Of a stretch of 64,000 nt of DNA, positions 37,850-47,893 are shown piece after piece; the first letter of the stretch is position 1, and each line of letters begins with the position of its first letter. The notes under the pieces were generated by a model that saw nothing but the letters and a program-made list of their open reading frames with translations, was not told the origin of the DNA and did not search any database. Both the position numbers and the translations under genes were made by a program. This DNA comes from an uncultured Gammaproteobacteria bacterium (GTDB lineage: Bacteria > Patescibacteriota > Microgenomatia > Daviesbacterales > UBA10151): NCBI GenBank assembly GCA_964387865.1, contig CAYLXC010000002.1:18676-82675 (forward strand), read 5' to 3'.

Positions 37850-40800
37850 ATGAGCTTAAGGATAAATATAACATTGCTGATACTCCTGCTCATTCCCACC
37901 TTGCTAGTCTTAATTTGGTTTAGACATGGTAATATTATGGCTACGGGGGAATCAGGAATTCCCTTCTATGATTTTAATATACAATTAAAAATTAACAAGG
38001 ATGCTTGGGCAGATTATACTCTAGGACATCCTACTAATATTGGTGTTGCTGCCACTCCTACGTACTGGTTCTTTGCAAGTTTGCAAAGCTTTGGAATTCC
38101 AGACTTCTTACTTCAAGCTTTTTTCTTTTGGTTGGTTTTAGTAATTTCCGGTATCAGTATTTTTTTATTATCCAAAGAACTTTTTAATAAATTAGATAGT
38201 AAATTTTTAATACTTGCTGTATTTTTTTATTGGTTTAACCCATTTGCCTTAGTTAACATTTGGAATAGATTTTTAAATAATTATTTTGTTTTTTATGCAT
38301 TTGTACCACTTGCGCTGCTTCTTTTCATAAAAGGGATCAGATTGCAAAGATATATTTATTCTATCTTGATAGGTCTTTTGTCTGCAATATTCTCTTATTC
38401 TCAAACATCTATGGCATTAAATGTAATATTTTGGTTAGTCCTATTTTATACCGCTATATTTTATATATTTGTAGAAAACAGCTGGATAAATAGATTCTTT
38501 ATAATTAAGTTTTTTATATTGACATTTATTTTTTGGTTTGTAGTTAATAGTTGGTGGATTAATCAAGTTTTTAATTATATATCATCAGGCAGTTTTGATG
38601 CTGTTTCTACAGGTTCCTTCACAGCAATTGGAAATTATCAAACATTCGCTAACTTAAGCGCAATACTTGGAAATATATCAGACCTAATTAGATTACGTCA
38701 TGACTATTTTTTTAACAATCCAGATATATCTTGGATAAAAATTTATAATTCCCCAATATTTACTTTATTTAATTTTTTTATGGCTATGCTAATTTCTATT
38801 CCCATCATTTTTATAAAAAATCGAGCAGTACTTTTTACTGGAGGATTATTTTTAATAGGTATTTTTTTAACTAAAGGTAATAATCCTCCTTTTGGTGAGA
38901 TCAATGACAGTGTGTTTTTGTTCTCCCCATTAATGCAGCTATTCAGAAATCCATTCGAGAAGTTTGGATTTATACTTGCTTTATCATCAACGCTTTTATT
39001 TATACAAGGCTCAAAATCTATATGCGATTTATTAAAAAATAAAGCCAGGGAACTATTTTATTTCTCTGTCGTTATAATAATTACTTTAGTTTGGGGAATA
39101 TCTTTTTGGACAGGTTCTGTATTCATAGGCGCAGAAAGACCAATCAATGATTCTAAGATAGGTTATCAGGTTAAGGTACCAGAGCATTACAAACAAGCAT
39201 CTGAATGGTTGAGATCCCAAAATGATGACTTTAGATTAATCGTTTTGCCAATAGGGGGGGAAGGGATAACTTATAAATGGGAAAAAGGTTATTCTGGGGT
39301 TGAATTAACTAATCAGTTGTTACCTAAAACTGCCATATCTTTTAGTACTAATATTCCGTTTTATGATGATGTTTCAAAAAATATTGAGAGATTATTTCTT
39401 ACAACAAACTTATTGCCATCCCTATCCAATGCACTAAACACAAAATATATATTATATAGACCAGATATAGACTGGGAGGTAAGGAAAATGAGAGATCCCA
39501 AAGTAGTACTCTCTAAATTGGAGGAAAAACAACAAAAAGGGGAATTAACAAAAGTTGCTCAATTTGGTGATTTGATTTTCTTTCAGATTACATCCAAGGA
39601 CAAAGAGGAGATTTATACAGCTAACACTACATTCTTAAGTTATTCAAAACCGAATATTTCTGATTTAGAATTCTCTCAAAGTAATTTGGTAATTAGTACG
39701 GGGAATAAAATAGATAAGATACCGAAAAATAAAATCGAGGGGGAAGTTATACACCCTAAGGCGCAATTTTTTTTAGATTATAAAAAAGAGCCTGTTTTTG
39801 AGATTAGACAAGATATTTTTCCGCATGTGGCAATTTTACCGAAACAAATAAGTTATCCTTTTGTTGTAATTAAAGATAGACTTAAGGAGGAAACCATTAA
39901 AGACAGAGAAGAATTATTGGAATATAGACTTGTTATTTTAGGAAAGAGATTGGTTGAGGCTAAGTTTTCAGCGGATTTAAATGATGAAGGCGGGATACGT
40001 ATAGCAATAGTTCATTACCATACACTTTTGGATAGGACAATTAGATTGCTTGAACAGCTTTATATGATTGATCAGGGAAATAAACAAGCTTCACTCCAAG
40101 GTAAGCTATACTTAATATTTTCAAGGCATGTTAAAGTTTTAGAAGATTTGCAAAATAGGTTTGGGCAAACTAGCAAAACAGGAGTAGAGGTAGAAAGTAC
40201 TTTAAAATTGCTAAAGACAAGTCTGATCCGAGCCCATATTTATCCCGCTTACGGTTTTTTGGAAGATTTAGAATTCCCGCTAAAAAGGAGAATGATATAT
40301 CATTTTGAAGTTAAAAAGAGCGGGGAATATGAGTTACTTTGGGATGAGAAGATATTGAATGGCTATTACAAAATATCTTCAGGCGATCAAATAGTGCTAC
40401 AAGTTGACGATGAACTTTCTAAAATGAATTTAAAAACTGATGGTAAAGGTCATGTCAGCTTAGGTAAAGTTTATTTTGAAGAAGGTAGTCACGAAATTGG
40501 ATTAAACTTGCCAGAGGAAATAAATCTTATAGAGGTTCCTTTAAGCATGAATTTTAAGGTTGATCATGGAAGTAAAGTTGATTACTTTCCGATCAAAAAT
40601 TACGATTCTTATTCAAGCTACAACATTAATTTTGATTATTGGATAAAAAAAGGCAATGGTGTTCAAATTTTAGTATACGATAAAAAGCCTGAAGATATAA
40701 TATCTACAACGAAGCCTCGTAAGGAGTCCGTAGTAGGACCGGATTTATATGATTATACACCTAAAAATTATTTTGGGTTGTTTAAACTATCTGAAGGTGC

Positions 40801-41338
40801 TGAAGAGGCAACTATTGCATTAGAAGTAATTCCTTGGAATGACTGCGAAACAATATTCTACTCTAACAGAAGGGAACGGTGCAAAACTGAGGATTTTAGG
40901 AGACCATACGATAAGACCACAGATGTTGATATCAGTAAACTGAGTGTAACGCGTAGCTTTTCTGATTTGCCAGTTTTAGTAAAAAAAGATCTAGTTGATA
41001 AATCTTTATCTCCCCAACACAAATTTAAGAAATTAGATACAACAACTTATCAGATAGAAATAAAGGAGGTCAAAAAACCCTTCTTTCTTGTTTTTTCCGA
41101 ATTGTTTGATCCGGGTTGGAGATTGATGGATACTGATGGAAAGATTTTAAATTATCAACACTTCTTGGCAAATGGTTATGCCAATGGTTGGTATATTGAT
41201 AGGATGGGTAATTTTCAAATAATCCTAAAATTTACTCCTCAAGATTTATTAAAATTGGGTGAAAAAATATCTTTCGTAGGAGTTTCTTTTGGATTAATAT
41301 TTGTAGCCTATGAAATTTGGTGGAGAAAAAATGCTTAA
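37850..41338 (+). CDS. Family-A large polytopic membrane protein (1162 aa), YfhO/AftD-like GT-C glycosyltransferase candidate with an expanded extracytoplasmic domain
   Basis: N-terminal 'IWFRHGNIMATGESG' (compare 4013 'IWFRDGNIMGTAEDS'). Motifs 'TKGNNPPFGE', 'FRNPFEKFGF', 'KWEKGYSGVEL' and C-terminal 'FSELFDPGWRL...LANGYANGWYIDRMGNFQIILKFTPQ' followed by a terminal TM. The roughly 430-aa excess over 4013 lies in the soluble region. Confidence 0.6.
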   Translation: MSLRINITLLILLLIPTLLVLIWFRHGNIMATGESGIPFYDFNIQLKINKDAWADYTLGHPTNIGVAATPTYWFFASLQSFGIPDFLLQAFFFWLVLVISGISIFLLSKELFNKLDSKFLILAVFFYWFNPFALVNIWNRFLNNYFVFYAFVPLALLLFIKGIRLQRYIYSILIGLLSAIFSYSQTSMALNVIFWLVLFYTAIFYIFVENSWINRFFIIKFFILTFIFWFVVNSWWINQVFNYISSGSFDAVSTGSFTAIGNYQTFANLSAILGNISDLIRLRHDYFFNNPDISWIKIYNSPIFTLFNFFMAMLISIPIIFIKNRAVLFTGGLFLIGIFLTKGNNPPFGEINDSVFLFSPLMQLFRNPFEKFGFILALSSTLLFIQGSKSICDLLKNKARELFYFSVVIIITLVWGISFWTGSVFIGAERPINDSKIGYQVKVPEHYKQASEWLRSQNDDFRLIVLPIGGEGITYKWEKGYSGVELTNQLLPKTAISFSTNIPFYDDVSKNIERLFLTTNLLPSLSNALNTKYILYRPDIDWEVRKMRDPKVVLSKLEEKQQKGELTKVAQFGDLIFFQITSKDKEEIYTANTTFLSYSKPNISDLEFSQSNLVISTGNKIDKIPKNKIEGEVIHPKAQFFLDYKKEPVFEIRQDIFPHVAILPKQISYPFVVIKDRLKEETIKDREELLEYRLVILGKRLVEAKFSADLNDEGGIRIAIVHYHTLLDRTIRLLEQLYMIDQGNKQASLQGKLYLIFSRHVKVLEDLQNRFGQTSKTGVEVESTLKLLKTSLIRAHIYPAYGFLEDLEFPLKRRMIYHFEVKKSGEYELLWDEKILNGYYKISSGDQIVLQVDDELSKMNLKTDGKGHVSLGKVYFEEGSHEIGLNLPEEINLIEVPLSMNFKVDHGSKVDYFPIKNYDSYSSYNINFDYWIKKGNGVQILVYDKKPEDIISTTKPRKESVVGPDLYDYTPKNYFGLFKLSEGAEEATIALEVIPWNDCETIFYSNRRERCKTEDFRRPYDKTTDVDISKLSVTRSFSDLPVLVKKDLVDKSLSPQHKFKKLDTTTYQIEIKEVKKPFFLVFSELFDPGWRLMDTDGKILNYQHFLANGYANGWYIDRMGNFQIILKFTPQDLLKLGEKISFVGVSFGLIFVAYEIWWRKNA

Positions 41339-41648
41339 GATAATTAAAATTAGTTTACCTTTGATTTGGTTTTCAGGGATTGTTTATCTTCTTATTAGCT
41401 CTTTAATTGAGAATCGTTTCCTTGAGGAATATATTTATTGGTTAGTTTTGATAGGCTTAATTTTTTTTATATGGTTATGGAAGAGAAACAGCAAATTTTC
41501 ATTGTATTCTTCTTTTACTCTATTTTTAATTTCTGCACTAATTGTGACCTTTGGTTTTAAAGATATCGGGGAATTTATAATGAGGTTAAGTTTTATTTTT
41601 TTGTTGGTAGGTTACATTCAATCATTGGTAGAGTATAAAAGGGAGTAG
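41331..41648 (+). CDS. Small 4-TM membrane protein (105 aa); partner of the family-A gene
   Basis: ATG overlaps the stop of 37850..41338 (ATGCTTAA). Four predicted TM helices. 'FKDIGEFIMRLSFIFLLVGY' is conserved with the ORF at 6202. Confidence 0.4.
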   Translation: MLKIIKISLPLIWFSGIVYLLISSLIENRFLEEYIYWLVLIGLIFFIWLWKRNSKFSLYSSFTLFLISALIVTFGFKDIGEFIMRLSFIFLLVGYIQSLVEYKRE

Positions 41649-41655
41649 TGTTTCG

Positions 41656-41826
41656 ATGAAAAGTAAATACTTATTTTCGGTATTTCTATTAGGTCTTCTC
41701 ATAAGTTTTGTCTCGCTAATTTTAGATCATCCAGGTTTTGCTTTGCGGATTGTTATTTACAATTACTTCATATTGAGTTTAGCGGTAGTAGTGTATATAT
41801 GGGAGATAAAGAAAAATGAAAAATAA
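41656..41826 (+). CDS. Very small membrane protein (56 aa, 2 TM), below the ORF-track length cutoff
   Basis: ATG at 41656 reads MKSKYLFSVFLLGLLISFVSLILDHPGFALRIVIYNYFILSLAVVVYIWEIKKNEK and stops at 41824..41826. It overlaps the start of 41816..44455 by 11 nt. Confidence 0.3.
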   Translation: MKSKYLFSVFLLGLLISFVSLILDHPGFALRIVIYNYFILSLAVVVYIWEIKKNEK

Positions 41827-44455
41827 TAAAATATTCCCAATTTTAATTTTGGCCATTTTCTTAATCTTTATTTACTGGAAGTGGTGGTTGCCCGGACCAA
41901 GGGTGGCTAATGATTTTTCGTTTACCTCCAATTCTTTACTTAAATCTTTAGCGGACTTTCCTTATGTATGGATGGAAAAAGCATCAGAGGGTTTAGGTGA
42001 ATATACTATTTTTACTCTTTGGTCTTATCCTTTAAATTTCATTTCCGGTGTTTTGGCAAATCTTGGTCTTGGTTTTGTTATACAAGAAAGGATTCTTTTT
42101 CTAATACCAATTTTACTATTTGGAGCATGGGGTATTTGGAGGCTTTTTGGAAAAGTAAATGTATCAAGTTATGCAAAACTTGTTGCTACTTTATTTTATT
42201 TAGCCAACACCTATATTCTGCTTTTAATTGATGGAGGACAATTTAATGTTGCTTTGGCGTACTCCTTTTTTCCAATAAGCTTTGTAGCTGTGGAGCAATC
42301 GGTCAAGGGAGGTTTGAGGAGTAAAATTTTGGCAGGTTTGATAGTATTCGTATTAGGATTTTTTGATATTAGATTTATTTATATCTTGTTTTTTTTAAGT
42401 TTCTTGCGGTTCTTATACCAGCCAACGAATATCCTGAGTTGGATAAAAAGCGGGTTTTCTATTACCGTAATTTTGATGGGACTAAATGCTTATTGGCTTC
42501 TGCCTTACCTTAAGGTACCACTTTCTGAGACTACTTATGCTTTCTTAACAGAAACCTCTTCCATAAGTTTCACTAATTTGGGGCATGGAATTCTTCTTCT
42601 TGCGCCACATTGGCATAAGAATGTTTTTGGCCAAATTACCCCTTTAAGATGGGAGTTTATGTTTATACCAATCTTAGTTTTTCTTGCTCCAATCTTAGGG
42701 AAAAGAAGTAATAAGATCGGTTTTTGGCTTTTGGTGGCCTTAATTTCTACTTTTTTAGTTAAGGGTACCTCTGAACCTTTTACTCAAGTTTATCTGTGGC
42801 TTTTTCACAACCTGCCAGGTTTTTCATTATTTCGAGACCCTAGCAAATTTTTCTTTTTAGTAACTCTGTCGTATAGCGTCTTAATGGCTATATCTTTGGA
42901 TGTGATTATAAAAAAATTGGCTCATTGGTCAAAAATTAAATTTTTATTCATATCATCAGTAATTTTTTATCTAATTTTTCTTGTTAGGCCAGTGTGGCTA
43001 GGGCAGATGACTGGAACATTTTCTCAGCCTCTTTTTGAGAAAGAATATTCTCAACTAGATCAAATTTTGGCACAAGATCAGAAATTTAGTCGCGTATTTT
43101 GGATGCCTACTATTGCACCTTTAACCCGGCAAATTTTAGAACATCCTTCTTTAGAAGCTGCCCGTTTAGTCGGCAAAAGGCCTTTTGCCGTTGGAACTGT
43201 CGGTACATATGAAACATTTAATTTTTTAAGAGAAGCTCCCTTTATGGGAGAAATTTTTGATGTGGCTGGTATAGGTTATATAGCATATCCCTATCTCGAT
43301 AAAAGAAGAGATAATTTACACTCAGATAATATTAGATATTATTATACTTTCTCAGATCAATTATCTAAACTTTCTTGGTTAGCAAAAGTAGATAATGTAC
43401 CAATGCCTTTATGGAAAGTCAGCCAGCATCAAGGTAAGTTTTTTATTACCCCCAATGTATGGTGGATTATAGGATCAGACAGTATTTACAATGAGGCAAC
43501 TAAAAGTGCTCAACTTAAACTTTTCAAGAACGCTTTAATATTTACTGAAGAACGTGCAGGATTAGGAAAGAGATTAGATGAATTACCACAGGCAAAAGTT
43601 GTCCTCAACCGTAAGACTTTGATTGATTTTGCCGCCAGCTTTATTGACCCATCAAGAATAATCTTTCCAGCAAGGAATCTTGGAGTTAGTCCTGATCAAT
43701 CAGGGTGGTGGAAGAGGGAAGCTAAAGATTTGATAAGCTGGAGAGATTTCCTGCAAGCCGAATATGGCATAGATAATTTGGATTTTGATTTAGGTGGAGG
43801 TTGGGCTGTAGGAGAGGGAAATTTAAAATTAAAAGTTAAAAGTGAAAAATTAAAGCAAAAACAGGTTTTATTGGTTCGAACCCTTGAAAGTACTCGGAGC
43901 GGACAATTAAGTTTTTATCAAGATGATAAATTAATTGGACAAATAAATACCAGAAAAGAAGGAAATAATGTTAGGTGGTTTGAGGTAGGCCAGCTGATCG
44001 AAGATGGCGAACTGATAATGAAATCAGAAGGTGATATTAATGTGGTTAATGCATTAGCTGTGTTAGATAAAAAGGAGTGGATTGTAATTCAAAATAAAGC
44101 AAAGGAAAAACAAAATAGAATTGCTAATTTTGATGAGAAGAATACTCAACAAGCTCTCCCAAGTGTGACATATCAGCAAATAAATTCTACTAAATATAGA
44201 GTCTCCATCAATAACTTGACTCAACCAAGTTTTATTGTTTTTTCTCAAAGTTATGACAATGGCTGGAAAATGGATGGTGAAAAATCACTACCGGCTTATA
44301 GTCTGCTTAATGGATTTAGAATAGAGAAAGATGGTACTTATGAGGTAAGGTTTGTACCTCAGAGCTGGGTTTATCCAGGTCTAATAATATCAGGGATCTC
44401 CTTTTTTGTTCTAATAGTTGTTTTAACTATGTCCAAAGTTAGAAGTAGGAGCTGA
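41816..44455 (+). CDS. Family-A large polytopic membrane protein (879 aa), divergent YfhO/AftD-like GT-C candidate
   Basis: 'VKGTSEPFTQ', 'FRDPSKFFF' and C-terminal 'FSQSYDNGWKMDGEK...LLNGFRIEKDGTYEVRFVPQ' followed by a terminal TM. The most diverged member of family A. Confidence 0.55.
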   Translation: MKNNKIFPILILAIFLIFIYWKWWLPGPRVANDFSFTSNSLLKSLADFPYVWMEKASEGLGEYTIFTLWSYPLNFISGVLANLGLGFVIQERILFLIPILLFGAWGIWRLFGKVNVSSYAKLVATLFYLANTYILLLIDGGQFNVALAYSFFPISFVAVEQSVKGGLRSKILAGLIVFVLGFFDIRFIYILFFLSFLRFLYQPTNILSWIKSGFSITVILMGLNAYWLLPYLKVPLSETTYAFLTETSSISFTNLGHGILLLAPHWHKNVFGQITPLRWEFMFIPILVFLAPILGKRSNKIGFWLLVALISTFLVKGTSEPFTQVYLWLFHNLPGFSLFRDPSKFFFLVTLSYSVLMAISLDVIIKKLAHWSKIKFLFISSVIFYLIFLVRPVWLGQMTGTFSQPLFEKEYSQLDQILAQDQKFSRVFWMPTIAPLTRQILEHPSLEAARLVGKRPFAVGTVGTYETFNFLREAPFMGEIFDVAGIGYIAYPYLDKRRDNLHSDNIRYYYTFSDQLSKLSWLAKVDNVPMPLWKVSQHQGKFFITPNVWWIIGSDSIYNEATKSAQLKLFKNALIFTEERAGLGKRLDELPQAKVVLNRKTLIDFAASFIDPSRIIFPARNLGVSPDQSGWWKREAKDLISWRDFLQAEYGIDNLDFDLGGGWAVGEGNLKLKVKSEKLKQKQVLLVRTLESTRSGQLSFYQDDKLIGQINTRKEGNNVRWFEVGQLIEDGELIMKSEGDINVVNALAVLDKKEWIVIQNKAKEKQNRIANFDEKNTQQALPSVTYQQINSTKYRVSINNLTQPSFIVFSQSYDNGWKMDGEKSLPAYSLLNGFRIEKDGTYEVRFVPQSWVYPGLIISGISFFVLIVVLTMSKVRSRS

Positions 44456-44467
44456 TATAATGAAATC

Positions 44468-47400
44468 ATGCTTAAATCTGGTGTTCTATTTTTACTTATT
44501 GCCTTAGTTTTAGTCACAATTTGGTTTAGACAGGGATTAATCTTTGGTGGAGCAGAGGTAGGCATACTTACCTATAATCCTAAAAGGTTTTTGGAGATAC
44601 AACAGTACATTTGGTGGGGTGCTGTAGCCCCTGGGATGCTTGTTCCTCACTTTACTACTGGTGTTCCCCTTTACCTTGTATTGTCTCTAATACAAGGTAT
44701 ATTTTCTCTGGTGATTTTACAAGCTGGAATTTTTTTCTGCTTACTCTTTCTGATGGGTTACGGAATGTATCTTTTCTCTCTTGCCATATTTGGTACAGAT
44801 AAGAAACTTTATGCCCTACTGGCTGGAATTTTTTACATGTTTAATTCCTATACAGTAGTTGAGATCTGGCACCGCTTTTTATATACCGGTTTTTTCCTTG
44901 CTGCCTTTCTGCCTTTCTTTGCTCTTTTTTGGAAGAAGTGGATAAATAAGGGTCAATTCTTATTTTTAGTTCTTTTTCTGCTGACTAGTTTAATCTCTTC
45001 TTACATGTTTGGAAATTTAGCGTCTATCTTGACTGTGTGGTTACTGATACTGCTTATTACTATTTCTGATGCAATTTTTCCTTTAAGAAAAAATGAACTA
45101 ATTAAAATAGGTTTGAGATTCTTTTTAGGAGTTTTTTTCTGGTTGGTTACTAATGTTTGGTGGTTAATTCCTGTTTTAGGAGTTTCAACAGGTTTACTAC
45201 CTGAGCAACATTCCAGCGAAGACAACATCAATACTTTAATAAATATAGGCAAACAAACAATACTTCCCTTTACGCTTCAGTTTGCTAACCCTTTCTATCT
45301 TTTTTACACTGCTGAGCTGGGACAAATTTACAACAGTTTATTTTTTAAAATTCTTCCTTGGATTCCAACTATAATTATTTTTAGTGGTCTTTTAGCTGCC
45401 TTTAAACAAAAAAATTTGGCCAAATTTTCACTGATTTATCTTTTAGTAATAATATTTTCCAAGGGGCCCACTTCACCTTTTGGTTACCCTTATATATGGA
45501 GTTTTATGAACATTTATGCCTTAGGAGTGATAAGGAATCCCTTTGAGAAATTAGGAATTTTGTTACCCTTTTTTGGCAGTATTCTTTTTGTAGTAGGAGT
45601 GACTTTGGTTTACTCTTGGGGTATTAAAAAAATTGGATTATTAGGTTCCAGATTTTTAATTGCTGTAAGTTTATTATCCATATTAGTTTATGCTTGGCCT
45701 ATGTTTACAGGTAAGGTGATTAGTAAACCCTTGGAGCCGTTACAAGTTAGTATCCCGTCTTATTACAAACAAGCAGATGATTTTCTTAAAAATCAGATAG
45801 AAAAAGAAGGCAATATCTTGCACTTACCTTTTTCAGGAAGAGATGTAGTTACCTACAATTGGCAAAATGGTTACCATGGAGTTGATATAAATCAAATTTT
45901 ATTTAGCTCTTCGCCTTCCATATCCAGAAACATGGGGCTTAAAAGAGTAGATGATACTTTAAAAAGCCTGACTTTAGTATTTAGTAACCCCCTTTCAAAA
46001 AAAGAGGATTTAGTCATAAGACTTTTACAAGATCTGAATGTTAAATTTATAGTACTCCATAAAGAGGTAAAATGGACAGATATATCTACTTATGGCAAAG
46101 ATATTAGGTTGATTAATCCTCAAGAAATCGAAGCGACTTTAAACGGTTATGACTTTTTAGAGAGACAAATAAGTTTTGGAGATTTAATTATTTATAAGCT
46201 GAAAGATAATTCTTTTAAAGGCAAAATTGCCTTCTCTGAGACTGCCAGCTTAGTTTATCCGGGAGAAAGTAGTTATCTGCAAATAAATACATTTACTGAT
46301 AAAGACAATATAATTACAACTCAAAGTAATAATCTTTCTGAACAAACTTTATCAAAAATTAAAGATATTTTTCTCTTTCCAGAAAGTAGCCTAAATTATT
46401 CGGTAGCTTCTGAGAGCGCCATAATAGATTTGATAAACAATCATGATTCCTTGATAAATCAGTTAACCTTTATGAAAAATTATTTTTCCCAAACAGGGCT
46501 ATTGATGAGTGAGGAGTTAACAGAAAAGATTTTAAAAGCAACCGAAAAATTACTTAAAATTTCTAACTCAGGATTGATATCATTTGAGACTTATGAGAAT
46601 TCACTGAATGATATATTTAAAAATAATTTTAAAGATATAAGTCTATTAAAACTATTTAAGTCCCAAATAATTAATACTTTTTATCTGCATTCGTATATTC
46701 TAGAAAAATCGAGTAAAGGGCATTCTGCGAGGAAAATTTTAATGGAGGGTTTAAAGGAGAATGATTTGTTACCCCTTTACTTACAATCCAATATTATATC
46801 TGAGGAGGAAATAAATAAGAGAATAGCTCGATTTAAAGTTCCGTTCAAATCAAAGTATGAAATTTTAATAGTTCCTCCTAGGATTGCAGATTTATACGCT
46901 GATTTTTTACCTAAATTAGATGTTCGAGTAAATGATAACACTTTAGAAACTAAAGGTAAACTGGATAAAAATATTATTTCATTTGGAGAGTTTGATTTTG
47001 ATGAAAATACATATGAAATAAGTTACAATTCACTCCTTTCATTTAATTTATTACCTTCCATTGATAAAATCTTAAAGATGGGAAATGTAGAGCTTAAGGA
47101 AGGTAGTGTACATCTAATCTCTGGCGAGCAAGAGATAGCTTATTTAGAAGCTCCTTTGAGGGGAGTTAGTGGCAATGATGTCTACAATATTACCTTTGAT
47201 GTGTTATTTGAGATGGGAAATGAGTTTTATATAGAAATAATGCAAGAGAGTGAAGACTTCGATAACCAAAAGGAATATCAAACAATTCAATCAAATGAAT
47301 GTTTTGTGCATACTTGTTATCCCATAAAATTAGATCCTAGTAAAAGTGGTTGGCAAAAATATTCTCTTTTGACATCGCCTCTAAATCCTATCAGTCAAAG

Positions 47401-47893
47401 AGCAAATTTTAGAATTATAGTATTTTCCAAATTTGAAAATTCTCAAAAAATCCATGGAGATATTTTCATTAAAAACTTACAAGTAAACAAAGTCTTTGAT
47501 GGAGAAGTCGTTTTAAGAAAGAAAGTATCGAAAAGCTTAGGAAATTCCTCAGGCGAGCTAATTACCATAAATCATCAAACACCAATATCTTATTTTGGGA
47601 AAATTAAATTAAATCAACCTTCATTTCTTCTGTTTAAAGAGACCTTTCACCCTGGATGGAGTTTAACACTTACCCAAGGTGATAACCTTTATAAGATAGA
47701 TAAACACTTTATGGGCAATCTATATGCTAACTCTTATTTTATAGAAAAAGTAGGAGAGTATGATTTTAAACTTGAATTTGAACCGCAAAAGGGGGTAGTG
47801 AGGGGACTTTTGATAACACTGTTAGGATGGGTTATCGTACTTATGATTTTTATTTGGTCACAATTCAGAGGGAGAAAGTATGAAAGAGACTAA
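44468..47893 (+). CDS. Family-A large polytopic membrane protein (1141 aa), YfhO/AftD-like GT-C glycosyltransferase candidate
   Basis: 'IWFRQGLIFGGAEVG', 'SKGPTSPFGYPY', 'IRNPFEKLGI', 'NWQNGYHGVDI' and C-terminal 'FKETFHPGWSL...LYANSYFIEKVGEYDFKLEFEPQ' followed by a terminal TM. Confidence 0.6.
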   Translation: MLKSGVLFLLIALVLVTIWFRQGLIFGGAEVGILTYNPKRFLEIQQYIWWGAVAPGMLVPHFTTGVPLYLVLSLIQGIFSLVILQAGIFFCLLFLMGYGMYLFSLAIFGTDKKLYALLAGIFYMFNSYTVVEIWHRFLYTGFFLAAFLPFFALFWKKWINKGQFLFLVLFLLTSLISSYMFGNLASILTVWLLILLITISDAIFPLRKNELIKIGLRFFLGVFFWLVTNVWWLIPVLGVSTGLLPEQHSSEDNINTLINIGKQTILPFTLQFANPFYLFYTAELGQIYNSLFFKILPWIPTIIIFSGLLAAFKQKNLAKFSLIYLLVIIFSKGPTSPFGYPYIWSFMNIYALGVIRNPFEKLGILLPFFGSILFVVGVTLVYSWGIKKIGLLGSRFLIAVSLLSILVYAWPMFTGKVISKPLEPLQVSIPSYYKQADDFLKNQIEKEGNILHLPFSGRDVVTYNWQNGYHGVDINQILFSSSPSISRNMGLKRVDDTLKSLTLVFSNPLSKKEDLVIRLLQDLNVKFIVLHKEVKWTDISTYGKDIRLINPQEIEATLNGYDFLERQISFGDLIIYKLKDNSFKGKIAFSETASLVYPGESSYLQINTFTDKDNIITTQSNNLSEQTLSKIKDIFLFPESSLNYSVASESAIIDLINNHDSLINQLTFMKNYFSQTGLLMSEELTEKILKATEKLLKISNSGLISFETYENSLNDIFKNNFKDISLLKLFKSQIINTFYLHSYILEKSSKGHSARKILMEGLKENDLLPLYLQSNIISEEEINKRIARFKVPFKSKYEILIVPPRIADLYADFLPKLDVRVNDNTLETKGKLDKNIISFGEFDFDENTYEISYNSLLSFNLLPSIDKILKMGNVELKEGSVHLISGEQEIAYLEAPLRGVSGNDVYNITFDVLFEMGNEFYIEIMQESEDFDNQKEYQTIQSNECFVHTCYPIKLDPSKSGWQKYSLLTSPLNPISQRANFRIIVFSKFENSQKIHGDIFIKNLQVNKVFDGEVVLRKKVSKSLGNSSGELITINHQTPISYFGKIKLNQPSFLLFKETFHPGWSLTLTQGDNLYKIDKHFMGNLYANSYFIEKVGEYDFKLEFEPQKGVVRGLLITLLGWVIVLMIFIWSQFRGRKYERD

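Noticed and set aside
4013-47893. Assigning family A specifically as mycobacterial-type AftD arabinofuranosyltransferases using decaprenyl-P-arabinose.
   Set aside because: The donor pathway is absent from the window: there is no DprE1-like FAD oxidase and no UbiA-like phosphoribosyltransferase. The motif match fits a YfhO-like family using a hexose or hexosamine donor equally well, so only the generic GT-C call is kept.
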